A stretch of DNA of 64,000 nt, from the IMG/VR virus record IMGVR_UViG_3300021959_010405, positions 1 to 64,000 of that record. The stretch is one strand, 5' to 3'. The notes under the pieces are model-generated. The model was not told the origin of the DNA, ran no database searches, and worked only from the letters and a program-made list of their open reading frames with translations. The position numbers and the translations under genes are program-made. Within the stretch, counting starts at the first letter, position 1; each line of letters begins with the position of its first letter. Source of the stretch: a virus. Positions 20,570 to 29,012 of this stretch are shown piece after piece.

Positions 20570-22393
20570 ATGCCGGATATATCAATAGTTAAATTTAAAG
20601 TGCGAAGAGGCTCTGATGAAGAAAGAGCTCGAGTAATACTCGAACAAGGGGAACTCGGATACACAGTAGATACAAAGCGACTTTTTGTTGGCGATGGTTT
20701 ATTATCTGGCGGCTACGTGGCTGGGTCAAAAGTTCATGATTTTTTATCCACTAATGATACGAGAAATAATATTACAAATGCTTATAAGAACGATATAGTA
20801 TTTGAAAATAATTGGATATATCAGCTAACCGGTACTGATTATTCAGATTTAGATCATTGGAAGCTTATAGCAGGAGGAATTGCTGATAATAATACTTTAG
20901 ATTATAATGGTGATCGCGAATTACAGGTTGCAGATCAAGGGGTAGGGTCAGATCAACTAGCAGACGATGCAGTTATTGCGAGTAAGTTCCATCTAGCCTC
21001 AGCGGTATATGTATCAGGAGGCATCGTTGTTAATTCAACTTACGGTCTAAGTGCTAATGTTGATGATGTCACTTTAACTACTCATGACAATATTTTTAAA
21101 GTTAAAGATGATGGCATTTATACAGATCAACTCTCAGCTGATGCAGTAACAGAAGATGTAATAGCTTCTTCAGCTTTAGGGGCTGGTCTTAGTGGGGGAA
21201 GTGGAGAGATATTAACAGCTAAAATAGATAATACATCTATAGTATTTAACGATAGCGATCAGCTAACTGTTGGTGAGGTGGACGCATCAAACATTGCAGT
21301 AGGCCCGGGAATATCTACAGATGATGGAAGATTAACGCACTTTATAGAGGATGTCAATACAACCGAATTTACGGTCGACGGTCAAGCAACACTCAATTTT
21401 GCTCAAAGATTAAATGAGAGTGTTACTCACTTTCTACCAAGACTCGAAGTAGATAATAAGGGATTAGTAACATCAAGCGAAAACGGTAATGTATTAGCTC
21501 TCTCTGCCAATCACAGTACTTATGGTGGTTTCTATGGCCAGCTATCTGGGCAGGAATCTTCTACTCGAGTAACAACAGTAACCGCTACCACAGCAACGAA
21601 CGTTCAAGAGCTTTCAAGTGCTGGATTTATGGTCCTTAGATTAGGAGCTCCATCAACTGAGGATGATGCACAAATTCTTGCGCAGGGCGGTGGGGCTGAA
21701 GGATATTACGCAGTGCCTATATTCGCAATACCAGATGAGTTGGTAACTCTTATAGAGAATCAAGCAACAATTGAAGTATACGGCTTTGAATGGGGTGCAT
21801 ATAGAGCTTATGATCCGACAAGCAATGATTACGAGCTCAATGGTCAAATACTAAGCGCTGCAGCATGCTCTGGCGTATGGGACTATACAGGATATGCAGA
21901 AGAAGTTCTTGTATATACAGCAGTCCAAGAACCAGATATCGGAGATGTTTTTGCTATAGATTCGAATACACTATCTGCTGGCGCACTGTCGGGCTGGATA
22001 GGTATTGATATAAAGAGTAAGGTTTATAATGTAGACCAGTCGAGTGTAATACAAGCAATTTCAACATGCGGTGATCTCTACCCAATATCGTTAAGCGCAT
22101 ATAGAGCGTATGACCCTGCTAGTAACGATTATGAGGCTGGCATAGCTACACTTTCTGCAGCTGCTTGCTCCGGAGCTGATTCTTACTATAATCCGACTGA
22201 TCTAATAGTTGTATATACTCAAGATACGATATTATCAGTAGGAGATTATATTGCTGCATCAACTACTGAGTTACAAACAGTTGATACACCTTCACTATCA
22301 GGATGGATTAATTTGGTATCTACTGATCCAGAAGTTTATCTCGTTGATGGTAACAATCAAATAGCAGCAGTATCTGCATGCAGCGAATCATAA
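20570..22393 (+). CDS. Tail fibre protein with Mtd-N-like N-terminus and duplicated C-terminal domain
   Basis: KVRRG...LEQGELGYTVDTKRLFVGDG; two ~100-aa AYRAYDP..NDYE repeats. Confidence 0.75.
   Translation: MPDISIVKFKVRRGSDEERARVILEQGELGYTVDTKRLFVGDGLLSGGYVAGSKVHDFLSTNDTRNNITNAYKNDIVFENNWIYQLTGTDYSDLDHWKLIAGGIADNNTLDYNGDRELQVADQGVGSDQLADDAVIASKFHLASAVYVSGGIVVNSTYGLSANVDDVTLTTHDNIFKVKDDGIYTDQLSADAVTEDVIASSALGAGLSGGSGEILTAKIDNTSIVFNDSDQLTVGEVDASNIAVGPGISTDDGRLTHFIEDVNTTEFTVDGQATLNFAQRLNESVTHFLPRLEVDNKGLVTSSENGNVLALSANHSTYGGFYGQLSGQESSTRVTTVTATTATNVQELSSAGFMVLRLGAPSTEDDAQILAQGGGAEGYYAVPIFAIPDELVTLIENQATIEVYGFEWGAYRAYDPTSNDYELNGQILSAAACSGVWDYTGYAEEVLVYTAVQEPDIGDVFAIDSNTLSAGALSGWIGIDIKSKVYNVDQSSVIQAISTCGDLYPISLSAYRAYDPASNDYEAGIATLSAAACSGADSYYNPTDLIVVYTQDTILSVGDYIAASTTELQTVDTPSLSGWINLVSTDPEVYLVDGNNQIAAVSACSES
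21791..22390 (+). repeat. Tandem ~300-nt (100-aa) coding duplication
   Basis: AYRAYDPxSNDYE...LSAAACSG...LSGWI occurs from 21791 and again from 22091. Confidence 0.85.
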
Positions 22394-22405
22394 AATATTT
22401 AAAAA

Positions 22406-24289
22406 ATGGCTATTGAAATTGACAGTAATACAATTATTAAACTAATCGTTCGTAATGGTAGCGATGAAGAACGACAAGGTATAGTTCTCGCAGAAGGTGA
22501 ACTTGGATATACTGTAGATACAAAAAGATTGTTTGTCGGGGATGGCGTAACCCCTGGAGGTGTAAGCGTATCAAATAGGTTCCTCGGATCTACTACAAAT
22601 ATACTCGACCCTTCATTATCTCCTAATATTAATGATATTGTTTTTAAGTCTGATACTAACGAACTATTTAGATTACAGTCTGCAGGTGGTACATCCCTTT
22701 CAGACTGGCAGCTACTATCTGGACCAACCTTAAATGTTGTAGATAACGCAACACTTTCAGCGAATTCTACAACAGGCGAATTATTTGTAAACCTCATAAG
22801 TGGGACTAATTTAGATGATAGCATATTCTCAAGCAATATAGTAAGAAGCGGTAATAGTATTGCATTAGCAGAAGACCTTGCAGTGAATTTAGTAAGAACA
22901 GATGCTATAACAGCAAATGCTGCAGCATTTTTAAATATTACAAATAATATAGAATTTTCTGACGGAACCAATACAGAACAATATGTATTTCCAGTAAATC
23001 AACCATATGGCGATAATTACCATCTTGTTACAGATACAAGCGGTAACTTATCATGGGCTGCAGCAGACCGTGTAGTTGAAGGCACAACATATATCAACAC
23101 AGCAGCTATACCAGTTGGAACAATTACACCTTACATCTCTTTAAACCCTCAGGCATCTGCAACAACAATCGCAGGATGGTTATTCTGCGACGGATCAATT
23201 CTTGCTGGCTCTGAATATCCGGAACTTTCAGCGGCATTGGGAAATACATTTGGAGGCGATGGTATTACTACCTTCCACTTACCTGATCTAAATAGATCAA
23301 CAACATATGGCATAGATCCTACAACCGAATCAATAGGTAATACTTTTTTGCCAACAACTAGTTCAACCCATCTTTCACCGTCGCTATCAGCCTTCAATGT
23401 ATATTACATAATAAAATATAGACCAGATACTGCATTCGAAGATAACGTTCTTGAATTAAATGTGCAGACCCTTACATCTCAAGGAGTATCTGGATATGAT
23501 ATAACTAGCGGGCAATCAGTTAGTAGTGTGGGACCGAGTGGGCAGTTTTCTATTAGTATACCTACCGGGGATATAGGAACTGGTAACGAGCGAGTTGTAG
23601 AGTCTGTGCAACGTGCAAGAGTGCCCTCAATGACAGCATGGGACTCGCCCGGTACTTATGAATATATAGTGCCTAGCAATGTATACAGAATCAAAGTAAC
23701 CGCAACCGGGGCGGGTGGTGTAGGATATGTAAGATGGACAGTAGGCGGTCAAACTATTTGGAAAAGCGATGGTACAAATGGCGGTGCTGGCGGTAGTGTA
23801 GTTGCATATATAAACGTTGAGCCTGGGCAAACATATCAAGCTGTAATAGGTAATAAAGGGGTGTCGAGCAATAATACCAGAACCGGAGCCACATTAGGTG
23901 TAGGTGAGAATACTACTTTCGGGCTAAGCACCGGTGGTACAGTTTATGACGATATTATAGCGCAAGGAGCATACGATGGAGGTAATCAACGCTCGCTTGC
24001 CATCAACAGAGTTTATCCTAGCTATGCTAGAGGTGGATATAAAGGTGGTGGGTATACTGTCAATAACAGCTCCGGAACGATTTCTTCATATACAGGAATC
24101 AATGGTGGAGAAGGTGGAAACTATTTCGGATTTGAAGGCGGGTTCTCGGTAGGTGCATCAAGTATGTGGGGATCGGGACCTGCTCCAGGTGGTGGAGGAT
24201 CCGGTAATAGTAATTATGGCCATAAAGGTGGTGCTCCTAGAACAAGTGCTGCAGCTGGTGATGGATTTATAATGGTTGAAGAATTATAA
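22406..24289 (+). CDS. Tail fibre protein: Mtd-N-like head, tail collar domain, glycine-rich tip
   Basis: GELGYTVDTKRLFVGDG; IPVGTI...GWLFCDG...YPEL...TFHLPDL (collar); TGAGG/GGAGG-rich C-terminus. Confidence 0.82.
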   Translation: MAIEIDSNTIIKLIVRNGSDEERQGIVLAEGELGYTVDTKRLFVGDGVTPGGVSVSNRFLGSTTNILDPSLSPNINDIVFKSDTNELFRLQSAGGTSLSDWQLLSGPTLNVVDNATLSANSTTGELFVNLISGTNLDDSIFSSNIVRSGNSIALAEDLAVNLVRTDAITANAAAFLNITNNIEFSDGTNTEQYVFPVNQPYGDNYHLVTDTSGNLSWAAADRVVEGTTYINTAAIPVGTITPYISLNPQASATTIAGWLFCDGSILAGSEYPELSAALGNTFGGDGITTFHLPDLNRSTTYGIDPTTESIGNTFLPTTSSTHLSPSLSAFNVYYIIKYRPDTAFEDNVLELNVQTLTSQGVSGYDITSGQSVSSVGPSGQFSISIPTGDIGTGNERVVESVQRARVPSMTAWDSPGTYEYIVPSNVYRIKVTATGAGGVGYVRWTVGGQTIWKSDGTNGGAGGSVVAYINVEPGQTYQAVIGNKGVSSNNTRTGATLGVGENTTFGLSTGGTVYDDIIAQGAYDGGNQRSLAINRVYPSYARGGYKGGGYTVNNSSGTISSYTGINGGEGGNYFGFEGGFSVGASSMWGSGPAPGGGGSGNSNYGHKGGAPRTSAAAGDGFIMVEEL

Positions 24290-24308
24290 TTTAATTATAA
24301 ATACAATT

Positions 24309-24491
24309 ATGGGCGATGAAACCATCTACGAGTTAAATTTGACAGATCTACTTATTTTAATTGAATTAATTAATAAGACATTAGAGAGAGGGGCCATAGA
24401 CCCGGGAATGATGGAAGCTGTTGGTTCTATATATAATAAAGTATCACGAATTATTGAGGATATGACACTACCTAAAGATAAATGTAGTTAA
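24309..24491 (+). CDS. Small late protein (possible fibre chaperone)
   Basis: TATAAATA-CAATT-ATG(24309) places the start; 60-aa helical ORF. Confidence 0.55.
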   Translation: MGDETIYELNLTDLLILIELINKTLERGAIDPGMMEAVGSIYNKVSRIIEDMTLPKDKCS

Positions 24492-24502
24492 TAAATAACA
24501 AT

Positions 24503-26788
24503 ATGCCGGATACTATTATAACATCACTTTCTAGCAGCGCAAATAGTATATCTAATGTTAGTTATTTAAACGCAAATTATGATATAGTATGGTCGTTCGA
24601 ATTTGCATTATCCGGGAATGCGGGAGATCAAGGAAGCTTTACTACATTTCTATATGATAATAATACTCTCACCGGCGGAGGTGTGAGTCTAGGGGGAGGA
24701 TATGCTCCTCTTAGTTCTGTTGTTCTTGGAGATCTCTACTGGAGCACTATTAATGATGAACAAGACGAATTTTCGGAGTACCAAAATAACACTTGGCAAT
24801 CATTTGCGACGGCTGTTAAAGATGCTTTTAATGGGAGCACTTATACTGATTATGAAGGCTACGGCGGATACAGTCCAGGTGATAACATAGGTTTTATAAA
24901 ATTTGTAGATGGGGATAATGTAGATATACTTTCTATAGATATATTTGAGTTAACTACTACAATGGAGGATATATCATCTACTATTCAAGCTAATAGCGCA
25001 CTCTCTGCAAATTTTGCAGGAATTGAATTTACCCCAGTTGATGATCAATCCCCGGTATATTTCAAATTTGACTCTGATATGGATGGTCTATCTGCGGAGG
25101 CAAGTTTACCAAGTGGTACCGGCACTTCACCACTAGTAAGAAGAAATTTAAACACATATGAGGGGGTAAGTGGCGCTGCTATAGGGATAAACTTTGATAC
25201 AACAGGTTTATTCGCTTTAAGCAGCTCGAGCGATATAGGAGGTATAACAGATACTGTAGAAAATTCGCTCTCAATAAGGTCTGGCGAATCTACAAACTAT
25301 AGCTTACTTACTAGTACTCCTCTATCCTCTCTCGATTCATCATTTTATCTAACATCTAACGAGAACGCATTCCAGACACTAAGATTCCGGCTAACTGATA
25401 TTGGCCAAACTATAAAAATAGATGTTTTAAGAGATGGTATATATAATGAGATTTTTTCATACCCGACTAATTTACAAATAGACGATAATACTCAATATAA
25501 AGTAGGTATAAGCTATACCAGCCCAGTATCGGGTAGAGATTCTACACCATATAAATTTTCAATAAAAAACTTACATATCGATGGTGTATCTGCAACTCCT
25601 GACTCGATCACTGTTACAGGCAATAATAACGATTTCGAACAATACTCTTTAAGTGGATTTAATAACGTTACGGCTCCCACTGCTGCAGTTACTATAGTTA
25701 ATCTCGAATCTATACCCCTGTATGATTGTCCAATATCTACATCTCTAAGCTCTATATCAAGCGCTGGATGTGTTAGCGATTTCAATACTACATCTGCTAC
25801 TGATACTCTAATTTTGCCTTCAATACAGGCTGTAGGGTCATTTACAAATGTAACAAGTGCAGAGAAAGTAGCGGTAGTTGTGGATGATCCGGTAGTTAGG
25901 CCTAATAGAAATTATAATTGTTCACAAGCTGTAACAGAAAGAACCTATCAAACGCCTCTAGAGCTCTCGCTCGCATCATTCCCTTATATAGATACAATAA
26001 ATCTAACAGATACAACAGATACTGTAAGATTTGATTATAACTTTAAAACATTTGGAGGTAAGATAGAGATATACTATGATGGTGCAGAAGTAATTGATAC
26101 TGGGTATGTATTAAACGATATCGACAGTAATGAGACGGAATTCAGAGAAGGTCTAATAACTGTAAGTCAAGATGATGCGGTATCTGCAACAATTACAGAG
26201 AATGTCTCAGGAACACTCACATTCAATAAATCTACTACAACCCCAGCATCAGCTGAAGTTAGAATATACGCACCGCTGAGCGGAACATCTTACGAATATA
26301 CAGTATTTTGTCCAATACTATCCTGTGGAGAGCTCGCTACTGGAGGTCAGACTGCAGATATAAATGCAACTGGTATTGAAGGATATACAAGTTCTCGTAG
26401 AGTGGTCGATTTAGGAGAGGATACTGGGACAGTGACACTAGCTTACAGCGCGTGGGATCTGCCAGATAGGTATCAAGTATACTATGATGGATCGCTAGTT
26501 ATTGACACTCTATGGGTAGGTAATAGTGCTCAGAAATTTACAGATATGCTAGGAAGCTTCCTAACTAATACATTAGGAACATCTGCAGATGCCACTACGA
26601 TACTTCCAGGGAGTGGTCAAGACACATTTGAGAAAACTACTACATCACCTACTACTGCAGAGGTTGTTGTTACATCGCCGTTCTACGGTACAGTATGGAA
26701 CTATCGATTAAGATGCCCGGACGTTCTATATCTTCCAGAGCATATACCGCAATCATTTATACAAGATCATATTGAAACTTTCCCATGA
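24503..26788 (+). CDS. Virion protein with L-type-lectin-like domain and two C-terminal Ig-like repeats
   Basis: IVWSFEF...GGGYAP...GAAIGINFDTTG; repeated YYDG..VIDT...TF.K.TT.P..AEV...CP; TAAATA 5 nt upstream. Confidence 0.62.
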   Translation: MPDTIITSLSSSANSISNVSYLNANYDIVWSFEFALSGNAGDQGSFTTFLYDNNTLTGGGVSLGGGYAPLSSVVLGDLYWSTINDEQDEFSEYQNNTWQSFATAVKDAFNGSTYTDYEGYGGYSPGDNIGFIKFVDGDNVDILSIDIFELTTTMEDISSTIQANSALSANFAGIEFTPVDDQSPVYFKFDSDMDGLSAEASLPSGTGTSPLVRRNLNTYEGVSGAAIGINFDTTGLFALSSSSDIGGITDTVENSLSIRSGESTNYSLLTSTPLSSLDSSFYLTSNENAFQTLRFRLTDIGQTIKIDVLRDGIYNEIFSYPTNLQIDDNTQYKVGISYTSPVSGRDSTPYKFSIKNLHIDGVSATPDSITVTGNNNDFEQYSLSGFNNVTAPTAAVTIVNLESIPLYDCPISTSLSSISSAGCVSDFNTTSATDTLILPSIQAVGSFTNVTSAEKVAVVVDDPVVRPNRNYNCSQAVTERTYQTPLELSLASFPYIDTINLTDTTDTVRFDYNFKTFGGKIEIYYDGAEVIDTGYVLNDIDSNETEFREGLITVSQDDAVSATITENVSGTLTFNKSTTTPASAEVRIYAPLSGTSYEYTVFCPILSCGELATGGQTADINATGIEGYTSSRRVVDLGEDTGTVTLAYSAWDLPDRYQVYYDGSLVIDTLWVGNSAQKFTDMLGSFLTNTLGTSADATTILPGSGQDTFEKTTTSPTTAEVVVTSPFYGTVWNYRLRCPDVLYLPEHIPQSFIQDHIETFP

Positions 26789-28275
26789 CCTTCAAGGAAA
26801 AACTCGATAAATTTACCTTTCTAGTTCCCATCTTTAACTTAGAAGGCGATAGGTTAGAAAATTTTAAATTTGTTTTATCTAAACTAGTTGAAACCGAAGC
26901 TAATATATTAGTTGTTGAGCAAGTTAAGGATAAAAGAAAAAAGTCTACACCTGAAGGGTTGTGTAAAAAATTAAATGTAGATTATTTGCCAGTTAAAATA
27001 AGTAGCAATGCTATGAACAAATCTATGGTAATTAACCATGCTGTAGATATTATTGATACTGAATTTGTTTGGGTCAATGATGCAGACTGCTATTTAAAAT
27101 TTCCTAAAATTATAGAAACTGTAAATTTCAACCATGATTTTATACAGCCATATCAACAAATTAAATTTATCAGTAAGCAATTAAGCGATAGTATTAGAGA
27201 TAATATAAAATGTAATATAGATTTTAGCAACAAAAGTACTGCGTTCAGTGGATGCATGTATGGGGCATTAAGTTTTATTTTCAAAAAAAAGGCGTTCAAA
27301 GACATAGGCGGTCTAGATAATAATATTGATTTATATCATGAAGATACAGAGTTATGCTATAGGTTAATAAAAAATAAAAAATACGATATACATATGCTTT
27401 TCGGCATATACGGTATACATTTACATCATGAGTATAATAACAGACCTACGCGTATTAAAATAAATGGAAAAAGGATGAGTAATCTACATAATAACGTAAG
27501 TCTTAATGATATTATTCATACTATACAGGATTATTATGGACAACTCTTCCTAAAATCAAAAAAAATAGAAATATTAACTATGTTTAGAGGTGATCTAAAT
27601 CTACTAGAAAATATAACTAAGTTTATTAATAGTAGTAGCAAAGAAATAGAAGAACTGAATATTAATATTACATGGGTATGTAACAGTGAGTGTGAACAAT
27701 TTAAGAGAGCTATACGCAAGAATTCTCAAATTAATAAAAGAATAAATATTCGTCAAGGCAGCGATTTAGGAGGGCATAATAAAGATGACTACCTTGCGGG
27801 TGATATTCACTATAAAATAGGCAGCGCATATGATGATTACTTCAGAAAAAGTAATGCAGATATAATAATAACATTGGAGGACGATGTATTACCTCTAGAA
27901 AAAAATGCTATATCAAAACTATTGCTAAGCCTTATACAGCACCCAAGCGCGGCAATAGTTTGCGCTACATATGAATCACGACATATATCACAATATTGCA
28001 AAATGGAGGGGGTTTCCATCGGCCATTTAATCGGAGAAAAATCCGGCCTATTAATGAACAATATAAAAAATACTGGTCTAAAGGAAATGTCGTGGGTAGG
28101 TGGCGGATTTACTGCATATGATTTGAGTATATTTATGAATATAAATAACTTTGCGTCAGAATTTTCGTATACATCCCCGATCGGTTGGGATATATTTTTA
28201 TCAAATCATGCGCGAAAGTCTGGAAAGAGTGTATTACTCGATACTAATATATTTTGCGATCACATATATACGTGA
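26785..28275 (+). CDS. Two-domain GT-A glycosyltransferase
   Basis: Domain 1: VNDAD and IGGLD...HEDTEL (GT2/GT7-like). Domain 2: LEDDV...GWD. ATGA-coupled to the lectin-like gene. Confidence 0.8.
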   Translation: MTFKEKLDKFTFLVPIFNLEGDRLENFKFVLSKLVETEANILVVEQVKDKRKKSTPEGLCKKLNVDYLPVKISSNAMNKSMVINHAVDIIDTEFVWVNDADCYLKFPKIIETVNFNHDFIQPYQQIKFISKQLSDSIRDNIKCNIDFSNKSTAFSGCMYGALSFIFKKKAFKDIGGLDNNIDLYHEDTELCYRLIKNKKYDIHMLFGIYGIHLHHEYNNRPTRIKINGKRMSNLHNNVSLNDIIHTIQDYYGQLFLKSKKIEILTMFRGDLNLLENITKFINSSSKEIEELNINITWVCNSECEQFKRAIRKNSQINKRINIRQGSDLGGHNKDDYLAGDIHYKIGSAYDDYFRKSNADIIITLEDDVLPLEKNAISKLLLSLIQHPSAAIVCATYESRHISQYCKMEGVSIGHLIGEKSGLLMNNIKNTGLKEMSWVGGGFTAYDLSIFMNINNFASEFSYTSPIGWDIFLSNHARKSGKSVLLDTNIFCDHIYT

Positions 28276-28292
28276 TTACATCTTTTGCAATT

Positions 28293-28907
28293 ATGAAATC
28301 AATTCTTTTTCAACATAACGCTAAAACAGCTGGGCATTTTATATGCAGCTACCTTAGATCATTCGACGATATTAATATTGTAAATCAATCATTAGATCTG
28401 CATTTACCGGTTTTCGATGAAAGGGTTGCACCTTTATTTGAAAATGATTCAATTATTAACATGACATGCATACGACACCCTATTGATCGCTTTGTTTCAA
28501 TATATAATTTTTTACTAATAAGGCAGTTAACTAACCAGTTAAAAGAACACGAGGAAGAGCGCGATTTCGATTTAAATATATTTCTAGACCACTCAGATGT
28601 ATATCAATACAAATATTACGGAAAGACTGTAGAGGAGGCTATTAATACTATTAAAAAATTTGATTATATTATTGAATTTAATAATTTATCTGAAGATCTT
28701 AATTATTTTACAACTAATGAAAACCTTTCAACAGATAAATACTTTGATTTCAATCGCAAAGTTAATGCGACGAATTATTTGATAAACAGCTTTACTGTAG
28801 ATAATATTAAATTAATTACTAGTAAACTCACATGCGATATATACTTTTATAGAGAAGTAAAGGAGCACCTAAAACGTAAAAACAATATAGCGATTAATAA
28901 TGACTAA
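28293..28907 (+). CDS. Sulfotransferase (family-2-like)
   Basis: FQHNAKTAG (5'-PSB loop) and IRHPIDRFVSIYNF (3'-PB motif). Start set at ATG 28293. Confidence 0.8.
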   Translation: MKSILFQHNAKTAGHFICSYLRSFDDINIVNQSLDLHLPVFDERVAPLFENDSIINMTCIRHPIDRFVSIYNFLLIRQLTNQLKEHEEERDFDLNIFLDHSDVYQYKYYGKTVEEAINTIKKFDYIIEFNNLSEDLNYFTTNENLSTDKYFDFNRKVNATNYLINSFTVDNIKLITSKLTCDIYFYREVKEHLKRKNNIAINND

Positions 28908-29012
28908 CTGAGCGATGTATGTTGCATTTATAGAGTAATTTGTAATTTAAAGTACAGTAGGATACTCTAATGTAGAGTAGTAATACCAATGCTTTCCTAT
29001 AAATAATATAGA

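Noticed and set aside
20570-24289. Diversity-generating retroelement suggested by Mtd-N-like domains
   Set aside because: No reverse transcriptase, and no near-identical template/variable repeat pair differing at adenines is visible. The 100-aa duplication is in frame and diverged at all bases.
28908-29012. tRNA or ncRNA in the longest intergenic gaps (also 35966-36049 and 47372-47466)
   Set aside because: Only short hairpins are present; no cloverleaf, T-loop or CCA end.
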